Assembly: GCF_036365525.1 (NCBI RefSeq)
Contig: NC_090404.1
Span: 3,348,001-3,412,000, forward strand
Source of the DNA: Heterodontus francisci
Taxonomy: Eukaryota
Length of the DNA: 64,000 nucleotides
Reading direction: 5' to 3'
Part shown: one piece after another, positions 1 to 12,305 of the stretch
How the letters are laid out: each line of letters starts with the position of its first letter
Position numbering within the stretch: position 1 is the stretch's first letter
Program-made: the position numbers and the translations under genes
Notes under the pieces: generated by a model
What the model was told of the DNA's origin: nothing
Databases searched by the model: none
The model's input: the letters and a program-made list of their open reading frames with translations, nothing else

Positions 1-258
1 AGGAAGGCGGATTTAAGATAAATGATCAGCCATGATCTTAATGAATGGGGAGCAGGCTCGAAGGGACGAACGGCCTACCGTTGCTCCGATTTATTATGTT
101 CCTCCCAAAATCCTCCTCCCAGCCCTCTTCATTTGTTCGGATCAACATGTCTTTCGGTACTTTCCTTCATTATGTGTTTATCTAGCTTCCACTTAAGTGT
201 ATTCATGCTATTGGCCACAGGTAAGACTTGTAATAGGAAGCTCCACATTCTTACACTC

Positions 259-420
259 AGTCGTTTGGTAGCACAGAACTTGAGTTTGCTGAAAACAGAG
301 ACGTTTTATCGAAGCTTCTCATCTTGCACTCGCAAGAACAATTCGTATGTTTGCGAAATCTCCTGATGATTGCGAGACGAAAAGCTTCGACAGAATGTCT
401 CTGTTTTCAGGAATACTCAA
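259..420. mobile_element. Penelope-like pseudo-LTR inverted-repeat insertion carrying degenerate hammerhead motifs
   Basis: Imperfect inverted repeat 280-340 vs 358-420. Flanking near-duplication ATTCTTACA(C/T)TC at 247-258 and 421-432 looks like a TSD. Confidence 0.6.
359..392 (+). ncRNA. Degenerate minimal type I hammerhead ribozyme motif (Penelope-type)
   Basis: TCTC-CTGATGA-TTGCGAGAC-GAAA-AGCT-TC-GACA: CUGANGA and GAAA cores, palindromic AAGCTT stem III, UC cleavage site. Stems I and II each have a mismatch. Confidence 0.55.
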
Positions 421-929
421 ATTCTTACATTCTTTCTGCAAATAATTTTGGCCTCATTTCCCAATTGGGTTTATTCGTGGCTATCTTATATTGAAAGCGC
501 CTAGTTTTGCTCTTCCCCACTAGTGGCAACATCTTCTCTACGTCTACCCGATCACAATCTAAAATGCCTCTACCTGTTCACCTCTCAGTCTTCTCTTTTC
601 TGTAGAGATGAGCCAGCCTGTTCACTGTTTCCTGATATGTGTACCCCCACAGTTCTGGTGGCATTATACTTGTAGAAAGGAATTTACAGTGGGAACAATA
701 ACACTGGAATGGAATGTATGACCAGGATATAAGAGCAGAATTACTCCCAAGCGGCCTGATAAAATTATGGACCAGCTTGTTGTCTCACTTCAACTGGACT
801 TTACCTTGATCATGCTTCGCCCTGTGCAATAATACAAGAGAGCTGAAGTGCTGCTAATTACTGTTCCTTTGTTCGCTTTTTTTTTTAGCAATCTCCAGTC
901 TCAGAAATGGGCGGAGTTTGAAATTCATT

Positions 930-1360
930 TCCTGTGCCTGAGTGGGTATTACTCCCGCCTCTGAGCTAACATAGTGTAGGTTCGAGACCCTCTCTAACAC
1001 TCCAAGTGGCACTTCTGAGGATGTTCTGCTTCGTCCGAAATCTTTTACTGTCGTTCACATGAGACTTTAAATCGTCTGCCCCCTCATATGGGCGGACGCT
1101 ACCCCATGGCACTATTGGAAGAGGAGCTGGGCAGGTCTACCGGTCCTGGCAAATAATTATCCCTCAACCAACAACGAAAAACAAGTTTTCTGGTCATTAT
1201 CACACTCTGGTTCGTGGGCTCTTGCTGTGCGTAGATTGGCAGTCTCTTACCCCGCATTTTTTAAGTGACTACACTTCAAAAAACAGTATCCGTTAGCTGA
1301 AAATCGCTTCGGAACATACTGAGCTCATGAAAAGCGGTTTATAAATGTAAATCTTTATTT
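930..1360 (+). mobile_element. DeuSINE (SacSINE1-like) degenerate copy
   Basis: tRNA-like head (GGTTCGAGACC B box), Deu-domain motifs (CCCATGGCACTATT-GAAGAGGAGC...GTCCTGGCAAATAATTATCCCTCAACCAAC) and a tail ending ATAAATGTAAATCTTT. Confidence 0.7.
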
Positions 1361-2140
1361 GCATTTGGGAAAAGGTTCTGACCAGGGCTGATGTAAGAAT
1401 GAATTGAATCACTTTTAAATCGGCGATTGAACGATGTGTTAAATGCTACAAATAGTGTCCACTGCTCCACTAAATTCATATTAAATAATAAAGGCACGTT
1501 ATATATGGATCCTGAATGATCCAGTAAATAAACATATATTTGCTTAATCCTGCGCTTTCTCTATGTAACTTTCATTGTAACAGTGACCTCACTAGATCAG
1601 CAAATCTTCCAATGGCGCGCTTTTCTTTTTCTGAATTCTGATTGGTTAGCTCACTCATCGGCCGCAACCATTCCGGTTGTGGTGTGTGATGACGATCTCT
1701 GTAATTGTGATTGGTCAGGTCACTGGGAAGTAGCATCGTGAGTCAAATGACTGTTTGGTGCATTTCATACTTTCGCATATAAACCTGATGCGGGTATTTG
1801 TTTGAGTGCAAGGGTTGAGAGACAGAGAAGCTGCGTTAACTCCCGAAATGTCGAATATTGTATGATATAAATGATGATGATACTGAAAATAAGACAATGT
1901 TAGCTCAGGACAAGGGCAATGATGAAGAGGAGGAAACAATCAAATAATGTTAATAATGATGATGACAAATCCAAATTCTTCAAAACAGAGAGGATTCCTG
2001 AACAGTTACCCTTAAATTGCTTACTTGTCAAGTGGCTGTTTTTGTATTACCATCTAATCCGACCTATTTAGTTTCCAAGCAAAAATTTCTGTATTTCAGT
2101 TTTGGATCGACTAACATCGCGCTTCAGCCTTCAAGTATGA

Positions 2141-3280
2141 ATCGTCGTTCAGTGCTGGCAGTCTCTGCCTCTAAGTCAGATGGTTGTGGATTAAAGTCCC
2201 ATTGAAGAGATCTGAGCACATACATTTTTTATTAATTCATGGGATGTGGGCGTAGCTGGCTAGGCAGCATTTATTGCCCATCCCTAATTGCCCTTGAGAA
2301 GGTGGTGGTGAGCTGCCTTCTTGAACCGCTGCAGTCCATGTGGGGCAGGTACACCCACAGTGATGTTAGGAAGGGAGTTCCAGGATTTTGACCCAGCCAT
2401 GGTGAAGAAACGGCGATATAGCTCCAAGTCAGGATGGTGTGTGACTTGGATGGGAACTTGCAGGTGCTGGTGTTCCCATGCATCTGCTCCCCTTGTCCTT
2501 CCAGTTGTTAGAGGTCGCAGGTTTGGAAGGTGCTGTCGAAGGACCCTTGGGGCGTTGCTGCAGTGCATCTTGTAGATGGTACACACTGCTGCCACTGTGC
2601 ATCGGTGTTGGAGGGAGTGAATGTTTGTGGATGGGGTGCCAATCAAGCGGGCTGCTTTGTCCTGGATGGTGTCGAGCTTCTTGAGTGCTGTGGAGCTGCA
2701 CCCATGCAGGCAAGTGGAGAGTATTCCATCACACCCCTGACTTGTGCCTTGTAGATGTTGGACAGGCTTTGGGGAGTCAGGAGGTGGGTTACTTGTCACA
2801 GGATTCCTCGCCTCTGACCTGCTCTTGTAGCCACAGTGTCTATGTGGCTACTCCAGTTCAGTTTCTGGTCAATGGCAACCCCCAGGATGTTGATAGTAGG
2901 GATTCAGTGATCGTAATGCCATTGAATGTCAACATCAGGATGACACTTCCAGCGCATTGCTGAGGGAGTACTGCACTTTCGCAGGGACAGTCTCTCTATT
3001 GTGATGCTAAGCCTCTCGGATGACGCAAAAGACCACACGGCACTTTCACAGAAGTCCAGGTAAGTTATCCTCGGTAGAGTACGGCCAATGTTTATCCCTC
3101 AATTCACAACGAAAACGGATGATTTGGTCATTAGCACATTGCAGTTTTAGTGAACTTGTTTTGATCAAATTGGCTGACATTTTTCCGGTATTGCAACAAT
3201 GACTCCGCTGCAAAAGGCTAGAAAACGCTTTGGGGATTCCTGAGGTCGTGAAACGCTCTGTATAAATGCAAATTTACCTG
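2141..3280 (+). mobile_element. DeuSINE copy split by a LINE insertion (head 2141-2222, body 2937-3280)
   Basis: Head ...GCCTCTAAGTCAGATGGTTGTGG...TGAGCACAT resumes as CAGGATGACACTTCCAGCGCATTGCTGAGGGAGTACTGCAC after the LINE. Confidence 0.7.
2225..2936 (-). mobile_element. 5'-truncated CR1-group (L2/Crack-like) non-LTR retrotransposon, 3' end
   Basis: ORF 2284-2799(-) LDTIQDKAARLIG...HRCTVAAVCTIYKMH... is the C-terminus of a LINE ORF2. The same family recurs at 37013-38645, 33630-35650, 57370-58560 and 63530-63790. Confidence 0.75.
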
Positions 3281-3429
3281 TCTTTCAGTTAGATGTCAAT
3301 CAGCAAGCGGCCAAGCAATCTCAGTGTACAATAAAGCAAATTCACATTGGAATGAAAAGCAACATTTCCTTATATCATAACTGGTCTCGTGATATTGAAA
3401 ATTTAATGATTTGCAAACAGTAATGCAGA

Positions 3430-4322
3430 TTCTCCTTCGCGAACAGCAGCTTACTCATATAATTCATTGTACTGCTCGATGTCTGTTAAAACAAGCACAT
3501 CCAATGCCCCGTGGATCTCTGTTGTATTTCAGTAACTCCGATTATTACATTCCAAAGATTCAACAACAAACACAGCAGTCTGTCTTATAAGGGATGAATT
3601 CAATCAGAATGAAGAGCTGGGTTCCTAACGTTGACAGGATATGACCACAGAACCATATTTCAACGGACTTGTAGGCCGCGGTCTAACGGTACATTCTGGC
3701 GACTGCGAAACAACTTCCTGGGCAGATGTTCATGCAGCTGTTGTGTCTTGAATAACTGTGCCTGAAAGAAGCACCAGGCGAAATGAACCACATCCTTAAA
3801 AAGAATCTCTCTCACGCACTGTTGTGAATAAATGGAATTTCACAATGGAGCAACGATTACCTCAGTAGCCACTGAAATGTTCTTCTGCCTTCAAATGGTC
3901 AGTATGGGTGAAGAGTACGTAATATGGTTGGATATCAGAACGTTGCAGAAGTTTGTACATAATTAGCTATCAGGAATAATTTTGGAAGGGCCCTATATCA
4001 AACCTTTCCTTGTACAGGCTGTCCTGGTACCCAGTCAAAACCAGCAGAATGGCTCCACACTTAATGATGAGTTAACTGATCTGAACTCCACTTGTTTGCG
4101 GGCCTACAACCGCCCTGTGTACCTTCAGTAAGGGGTAAATCAGGTGTAACCGCTGTTCTGGATAGTTGTCTGCTCATTCATTCTTCTAACGTGAACACTT
4201 GTGACTATGGGTGAAAGACAGGCTGTGCATAGTCTACCAGCTTGTCCATACTCACCTTGCCTTGCTCTGTCAATCCTCGGTACAAAGAGAGTGAACCAAA
4301 TGCACTTGTTACACAGTACCAT
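3430..4322 (-). pseudogene. Putative decayed Ig-superfamily gene relic: leader-like exon 4256-4322, 494 bp intron, exon starting at 3761
   Basis: ATG exon of 67 nt (phase 1) ending CAAG|GTGAGT, and acceptor CTTCTTTCAG. The spliced frame reads GTVIQ..EVVSQSPE..GSVVISC..F*..LTDIEQY with several stops. An inverted paralog lies at about 12310-13150. Confidence 0.3.
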
Positions 4323-4385
4323 ATTTGCATAGAGTTTACAGTAAAGAAGGAAGACATTCGGCATCAATGTGCTGTACCGGTGTTT

Positions 4386-4735
4386 TTAGATTAGAGATAC
4401 AGCACTGAAACAGGCCCTTCGGCCCACCGAGTCTGTGCCGAACATCAACCACCCATTTATACTAATCCTACACTAATCCCATATTCCTACCAAACATCCC
4501 CACCTGTCCCTATATTTCCCTACCACCTACCTATACTAGTGACAATTTATAATGGCCAATTTACCTATCAACCTGCAAGTCTTTTGGCTTGTGGGAGGAA
4601 ACCGGAGCACCCGGAGAAAACCCACGCAGACACAGGGAGAACTTGCAAACTCCACACAGGCAGTACCCGGAATCGAACCCGGGTCCCTGGAGCTGTGAGG
4701 CTGCGGTGCTAACCACTGCGCCACTGTGCCGCCCC
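4386..4735 (-). mobile_element. HE1-like tRNA-derived V-SINE, full length
   Basis: A box TGGCGCAGTGG, B box GGTTCGATTCC, V-domain GGGTGCTCCGGTTTCCTCCCAC, (TCTAA)n tail. Near-identical copy at 56809-57155. Confidence 0.9.
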
Positions 4736-5673
4736 AATGCTCTGCACTATCCTCCGTCCACTTCTCTTCATCGAACCCGATCAGCATATCATTTTTCTTT
4801 TTCCCTCGTGTCTATCTGGATCTGCCTTAAAAACATCTATACATTTTGCCGTAACCATTCCTTGTGCTAGCAAATTCCTCATTCCAACAAATCTCTGTGC
4901 CTTCTTCAACGCCATAATGCCTTTTTAAAATATATATCCGCTCGAAATATGGAGAGCAGAACTGTGCACAGCACTGCAAAAGCAGAGGAAGCAAGCTTCT
5001 ATGCAAGTTTGCATAACTTCTATGCCTGTCAAGTCTCTGTCTAGGAATGAACCTCTGCGGTTAGTTTGCGCTATCACAATGAAAGCAATTGAGCGAGAGA
5101 AATTCAGTCACGTGTCACCTTTGCTACTAATTGTCTTTATTTTATCAAGGATAATATTGTGCAGGACATTGTCGAAGTTCTTCCGCAATTCTAGGTACAC
5201 TGCGTTGCATGACTTTTTATTAGTTTTGGATCTGTTCTGCTCAAAATGTTCCTGAGTTTGTTCAGCATGACTGTAACTCTTCTAAAGCAATAGTCGGCTC
5301 CCTTTATGTTGAAATAGGTATTCATTGATATAACTTCTGATTGTTTCTTACAAACCAAAATTGCTATCACCGGAAATTCATCCAGATGGCATTCAAGACC
5401 GGAAATGTAACAGTCCCTGGAATATGTGCTTGGATGGTGGAGTGAAATTTTAGAGGTGAGACGGTGGCTGTCTGACTCAAGCTAATCTTGTTGCAACAAT
5501 GCTGCCGAGAGGATGGTTGGGAGCCTGAATAGTTACAGCCCATGGTTAGCAGAGGTGCTTCGATTTTGTTTGTATCTATCAAAAATATTGTGATGAAATT
5601 TAAATTAACTAATTACTGAATACCGGCAACCAACAGGAAGTTGCATTTTTGTGACAGGAAATAGTGCGCGAAC

Positions 5674-5677
<4 letters not shown>

Positions 5678-5716
<39 letters not shown>

Positions 5717-5741
5717 ATATATATACATATCGGCATATATA
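5678..5741 (+). repeat. (CT)n/(AT)n microsatellite
   Basis: Seen directly in the sequence. Confidence 0.9.
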
Positions 5742-7964
5742 TAATTGTAGCAACCAGTATGTGAAATGATGATCAGGACTTTCAGGAACGCAAGTGCCTT
5801 TCATTGGCGACGATTACTGCAGAAACACTTGAATGTCAAGTCCTACACATGATGAAATGGATTATTCAGACCTCAGACATCGTGAATAATTGTTGTTGTC
5901 CTTATTACTACTACGAGTCATAGTCTGTATTAATTATACAATTAGCAACAATAATAATTATTATAACAATTACTAACTGTACAGTAGATGTATTCTGAAA
6001 CAATTGTGCAAACGCTTAATAAATGACTTTGAACTGCAATTATTATTCTCAGACCAGAGCTCTGCAGCTGTTTATCATCCTGTCCTGCAGCAAATCCCGC
6101 TGGTCCATCATCCTCATGTTCACTGATTAAAATTTACAATTCCGGTATCTGTCATTAAACACCTCAATGATCTTGCCTTGGGATGTCAGAGTGGTTCAAT
6201 GGATAGCACGCTTCCATTCATGAGTGACATGATAATGGGTTCTAAACCCAATCCATGGATCTGAACAAACAGCCATCGAACATATAGTGCAAATATTAGG
6301 CCCTTTGGACTATCATGACTATGTCAGCTTTTTGCAGAACGATCTAGTTAGTCAAACACCTCTGCTCCATCTCCATATCCCTCCAATCTTTCCCCTTCAA
6401 GGAGTTATCCAATTCCCTTTTTGAGGGCATCTATTGCATATTTTCACCATCTTATCAGGTAGTGCATCGCCAACTGTAATCACTCGTTGCACATAAATAT
6501 GTTTCCTCTGGTATTTTGCTATTCCCCTTAAATCTGATGAAAGTTTATTCGACCCACTCTTTTTTGTCTGCACAGAGCTATGAGTATTTCCAGCACTTGA
6601 ATTTCGTAGCCACGATATCCAGCGTGCAAAGCACTTTGTTTCTTTGACTCTATGTCCTCAACATATCGACCCTTCAACCAATTGACAATTCCAATGTCTA
6701 ATTTGTGAGTGTTGCACCTTTGGTCTGTGCCAATTTCCAGTTAAGATGCTAAACTGAGTCCCGCCTTTTCTCTTAGCTGAATGTAAAAGGTTTTATGGCC
6801 ACTATTTTGAAAAAGAGAAGGGATTCGAAGTTCTCCCGGTGCTCTGGTGAAATATCTAGCTGTCAACGACCAAACAAGCACAAAGTTTCTGCCCTGATAC
6901 CTACATTACAAAGATAACTAAACTTCAAAGTGTTTTGAGGTGCCCTGAGATCCATAAACCGCTGTATAAATGCAAGTCTTTCCCCCCCCCCCCCTTTTCT
7001 GTAAGGTTCTTGTGATTGAAAACCATCTCTTCTCTGAACTCTCACTTCATCTGATTCTATCCTCTTCTGCACCCACTCCGCCTCGCTATTTCACGGTTGT
7101 AACTTCAACTATCTGGACCCACCCTCTGGAAATCCCGCCCTCCCGAAACCCTCCTGTTCTGCAATCGACCTCTTGCTTTTAGACGCTGCTTGAAACCCAT
7201 CTCTTTCGGCCAGGCTTTTGGTCACCTCTCCTAATCTCACCCCTTTTCCGTTTGGTGTCGGACCTCCCTGCGAAGCGAGTTTTGAAGGCAAAAGGCGCTA
7301 TCTGAATTTAAGGTGTTGTTGTTGTTGTTGTTGTTGTTGCTAAGTGGCGACCAACCTCAATTCTGCTCCAGTAACATCCCACTGGCAGCAATGAGTTGTT
7401 GGCCGCTAACATTTGTTGACACCTTTCGTTTAAGTGAATCTTCCGCCAGGACACTGAAGGAAAACGCCGATCCTCTCAGGATAGGACCACTTGATCTTGT
7501 CAGTATTCAGCAAACCCGCTGGAGCAGGCGGCCTAACTGACACACTTATCCACAGAGCACAGTCGGCAACTATTACTCACTGGTTCAATGTGAGGTGCAG
7601 AAGCACCAGTCTTGATTCTCATTGGGACACTGAAGTTCATTCTACGTGTTCATATCGCCACCTTTCGCATTAGATAATCACACAGACAGACTCGGCCCCT
7701 GAGGCTGAGTTTGACGCTAGCCCAATGGGAGGGTCAACTAACATAAATTGGAAAGGCATTTATTATGTCCGACCAGCTGCAGTGTGGAAGTAAACTATTA
7801 GGCATGACATGTTCAACCTTCACTGCAGAAATTATACTTTCTATACATACTGGCCCATCATAAATAGCACAATAGTGGGAGGGTACCGAAATTTCACACT
7901 CCAAGTTCGATGTCTCCTTAGATTGTGAGCATGCGGTTATTTTGTGCGGATACGTGTAAAGTGT

Positions 7965-10193
7965 TCTTTCTTTTTTTCTTTTGGGCCTCCTTATCTCGAG
8001 AGACAATGGATACGCGCCTGGAGGTGGTCAGTGGTTTGTGAAGCAGCGCCTGGAGTGGCTATAAAGGCCAATTCTGGAGTGACAGGCTCTTCCACAGGTG
8101 CTGCAGAGAAATTTGTTTGTTGGGGCTGTTGCACAGTTGGCTCTCCCCTTGCGCCTCTGTCTTTTTTCCTGCCAACTACTAAGTCTCTTCGACTCGCCAC
8201 AATTTAGCCCTGTCTTTATGGCTGCCCGCCAGCTCTGGCGAATGCTGGCAACTGACTCCCACGACTTGTGATCAATGTCACACGATTTCATGTCGCGTTT
8301 GCAGACGTCTTTATAACGGAGACATGGACGGCCGGTGGGTCTGATACCAGTGGCGAGCTCGCTGTACAATGTGTCTTTGGGGATCCTGCCATCTTCCATG
8401 CGGCTCACATGGCCAAGCCATCTCAAGCGCCGCTGACTCAGTAGTGTGTATAAGCTGGGGATGTTGGCCGCTTCAAGGACTTCTGTGTTGGAGATATAGT
8501 CCTGCCACCTGATGCCAAGTATTCTCCGAAGGCAGCGAAGATGGAATGAATTGAGACGTCGCTCTTGGCTGGCATACGTTGTCCAGGCCTCGCTGCCGTA
8601 GAGCAAGGTACTGAGGACACAGGCCTGATACACTCGGACTTTTGTGTTCCGTGTCAGTGCGCCATTTTCCCACACTCTCTTGGCCAGTCTGAACATAGCA
8701 GTGGAAGCCTTACCCATGCGCTTGTTGATTTCTGCATCTAGAGACAGGTTACTGGTGATAGTTGAGCCTAGGTAGGTGAACTCTTGAACCACTTCCAGAG
8801 CGTGGTCGCCAATATTGATGGATGGAGCATTTCTGACATCCTGCCCCATGATGTTCGTTTTCTTGAGGCTGATGGTTAGGCCAAATTCATTGCAGGCAGA
8901 CGCAAACCTGTCGATGAGACTCTGCAGGCATTCTTCAGTGTGAGATGTTAAAGCAGCATCGTCAGCAAAGAGGAGTTCTCTGATGAGGACTTTCCGTACT
9001 TTGGACTTCGCTCTTAGACGGGCAAGGTTGAACAACCTGCCCCCTGATCTTGTGTGGAGGAAAATTCCTTCTTCAGAGGATTTGAACGCATGTGAAAGCA
9101 GCAGGGAGAAGAAAATCCCAAAAAGTGTGGGTGCGAGAACACAGCCCTGTTTCACACCACTCAGGATAGGAAAGGGCTCTGATGAGGAGCCACCATGTTG
9201 AATTGTGCCTTTCATATTGTCATGGAATGAGGTGATGATACTTAGTAGCTTTGGTGGACATCCGATCTTTTCTAGTAGTCTGAAGAGACCACGTCTGCTG
9301 ACGAGGTCAAAGGCTTTGGTGAGATCAATGAAAGCAATGTAGAGGGGCATCTGTTGTTCACGGCATTTCTCCTGTATCTGACGAAGGGAGAACAGCATGT
9401 CAATAGTCGATCTCTCTGCACGAAAGCCACACTGTGCCTCAGGGTAGACGCGCTCGGCCAGCTTCTGGAGCCTGTTCAGAGCGACTCGAGCAAAGACTTT
9501 CCCCACTATGCTGAGCAGGGAGATTCCACGGTAGTTGTTGCAGTCACCGCGGTCACCTTTGTTTTTATAGAGGGTGATGATGTTGGCATCGCGCATGTCC
9601 TGGGGTACTGCTCCCTCGTCCCAGCACAGGCATAGCAGTTCATGTAGTGCTGAGAGTATAGCAGGCTTGGCACTCTTGATTATTTCAGGGGTAATGCTGT
9701 CCTTCCCAGGGGCTTTTCCGCTGGCTAGGGAATCAATGGCATCACTGAGTTCCGATTTGGTTGGCTGTATGTCCAGCTCATCCATGACTGGTAGAGGCTG
9801 GGCTGCATTGAGGGCAGTCTCAGTGACAGCATTCTCCCTGGAGTACAGTTCTAGGTAGTGCTCAACCCAGCGGTCCATCTGTTTGCGTTGGTCAGTGATT
9901 ATATCCCCCGATTTAGATTTGAGGGGGGTGATCTTCTTGATGGTTGGCCCAAGAGCTCTCTTCATGCCATCATACATTCCTCTGATGTTTCCGGTGTCTG
10001 AGGCCAGCTGAATATGGCTGCATAGGTGTTGCCAGTAGTCGTTTGCGCAACGCCTAGCTGTTCTTTGTGCAGTACTTCTGGCTGCTTTAAGTGCTGCGGA
10101 TGTTAAATCGCTGGGGGCTTTCTTGTAGTTCAAAAGTGCAATGCGCTTAGCGGCTATGACAGGTTCCAGCTCTTCATTATGAGATTGAAACCA
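7965..10193 (-). mobile_element. Young 5'-truncated RTE-clade LINE with uninterrupted ORF2 (RT plus C-terminal zinc finger)
   Basis: ORF 8028-10307(-): PEAQCGFR, FIDLTKAFD, GVKQGCVLAP, LFADD, CSTCGRACHSRIGLYSH. A-rich tail and a perfect 11 bp TSD GTGTAAAGTGT at 7954-7964 and 10194-10204. Confidence 0.93.
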
Positions 10194-10379
10194 GTGTAAA
10201 GTGTAATGACTAGATAAACGGGTAAAGTGACCGTTCAGTTTTAAAGTTACTCGCGTCTCCTCTCCCGCGCCTGGAGAACCAGCACTGCCATACCATCCAT
10301 AATACACTCGGCTTGGATTTCTTCGTTCTTGAGCCGATATACATACAACTGCATAAAGATTACCTGGAGGTGCACAGGA

Positions 10380-11170
10380 TTATAGCATAGGCAGAGGCCA
10401 TTTAACTCAACTGGTCAAAGGTCCTGTTTATTCTCCACATGAACCTCCTCCCCAACTTACATCATCGAACTCCATCAGCCCATCCATCCATTCTATTGTG
10501 TTTATCTTAAATTCAGCTATGCTGTTTGCCACAATTGCTCACTAGTGACGTGTAAAGGTTTAGCACGACATCCTTGTTTTTTACTCAATCTCCCCATTTG
10601 CGAAGTTCTGCATCCCATATGAATTCTTAATCACCTTTTCAATTTGCCCTGCCATCTACAGAGTCCTCCGTAATTCACCCCCTGGTCCCTCTAATCTGAG
10701 AAGCCCCTCAAAATAAAACCATGTAGATTATAGTGCCTCTTCACATGGTTATTCCCAAAAAGCATCTCTTCATACCAATTTGCATTAAATTGCATCTGCC
10801 CCGTGTCTGCCCTGTTCACCATTTTATATATGTTCTCCTGAAGTCTGCTACTATCCGCTCAATATGTACTACATTGTCCGGTTTTGTATCATACACAAAC
10901 ATCGAAATTGTTCTCCCTATATTCAAGTCCAGTTGATTTCTATTAAAGAAGTGCAATGGTCCTAATATCAGCTCCTGAGGTACCCCTCTGCATACTTCAG
11001 AAATGTGTCACTTTCTGCCTCCCATGCCTTGCCAATTATGTACCCATGCTAACACTGTTCCTTTCATCGAATGTGCTTCTGTTTTCTGAATACGTCCGTA
11101 ATCTGGGACGTCTGAACGTCCATATTTACAACATCTACTGCATTACTTTCATCAACCCTTCCTGCTAACT
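10380..11170 (-). mobile_element. Degenerate CR1 LINE fragment
   Basis: Decayed RT-region similarity (WQMQFN-type motifs on the minus strand) and a CR1-like 3' UTR. Confidence 0.55.
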
Positions 11171-11174
11171 CTTC

Positions 11175-12305
11175 AAAGTATGAATAGATCAATAGATCAT
11201 GATGAATAGTAATTGGTTACATGGAAAGCAAACAGGCTCGAGAACAGACAACAGAGGCTGAGGGTATCTACTCGAACTGTCAAAAGGTGGGAAGTAGTGT
11301 TCCAGAAGGGTTGGTGCTGGACTGTTGTTCACAATTGTTGTTAACAATTTCGACACGGAAATCTGGATTACAATTTCAAACTGTGAAGATGGCACAAAAT
11401 TTGGATGTACACTAAAAACTACGGAATGCGATGACAAATATTAAGATGATATGTATAAACTTGCCGAATGGGCACGTAATTGGCAAATTAATTTCAATAT
11501 TTAAAGAGTGTGAGGTGATGCATTTTGGTAGGCATAATCAGAAGGCCACATACTGCTTGGATAATAAGTGTCTAAATCTGGTAGAGCAACAGAGGGATCT
11601 ATGTTTACAGATCCACAAATGACTGAAAGCAGCGATACAGGTTACGAAAGTCATAGAAAAGAATATGAAGCACTGGGACTCATTTCTCGAGGGATAAAAT
11701 TGAAAAGCAGGGAAGTCATGTTGAACTTGTTGTGAAGCTTGGTTAAACCACACTTGTAGTGCTGTGCTTAATTCCATCTTATCAAAGAGGAATTGAAGGT
11801 GATGGAGAAAGTGCAAAAGGGTTGAGAAAGATAATACAAGAACTGAAAAGATATCCATATTGGAAAAGGCTGAGCATACTGGGGCTAACCTCTCTAGGAA
11901 AGAGATGGCTGAGAGGTGACCTGATAGACTTCTAGAAGACAATAAAAGGATTTGATATCGTTGAAGTGGCTAACCTGTTCCCAGATGAGGGTGAGTTCAA
12001 AACTGGGGGCCATAAATATAAGACAATCACAAGTAAATCCAATTAGGAGTTCAAAAGAAGCATCTTCAAACAGAAAGCAGCAAACATATGAAACTCGCCA
12101 TCACAAGGAAAATTGGAGGTAAATAGCATGGATGCATTTAAGTTGATGATAGGTAAACAGCCAAGGGAGCGATGAAGAGAATGATGTTCTGATAGGCTGA
12201 GGTGCCGAGGAATGGGGACGAGACTCGTGTGGATCATAATCACCAGTGCAGCCCAGATGAGCTGGTGGGCTGTTTCTGCACTGCAGACTTCCTGTAATTA
12301 TGTAA
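11175..12305 (+). mobile_element. Degenerate CR1 LINE 3' fragment
   Basis: ECEVMHFGRHNQ...EQQRDL motifs and a CR1 3' UTR. Confidence 0.7.

Noticed and set aside
810-856. Minus-strand SALLYYCTG resembling a V-domain end
   Set aside because: No D-x-A spacing, no upstream V framework and no RSS.
3523-3770. Plus-strand TAVCLIRD...SNGTFW read as a TCR/Ig constant exon
   Set aside because: Wrong splice phase with an immediate stop, and TAVCL is not conserved in the inverted paralog at about 12.9 kb. The minus-strand reading has better splice support.
4250-4320. TACTGTG-TAACAAG...GTGAGT as a J segment
   Set aside because: No nonamer at 12 or 23 bp and no FGxG/WGxG motif.
4650-4735. tRNA gene (also 56809-56880)
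   Set aside because: It is the tRNA-derived head of an HE1-like SINE.
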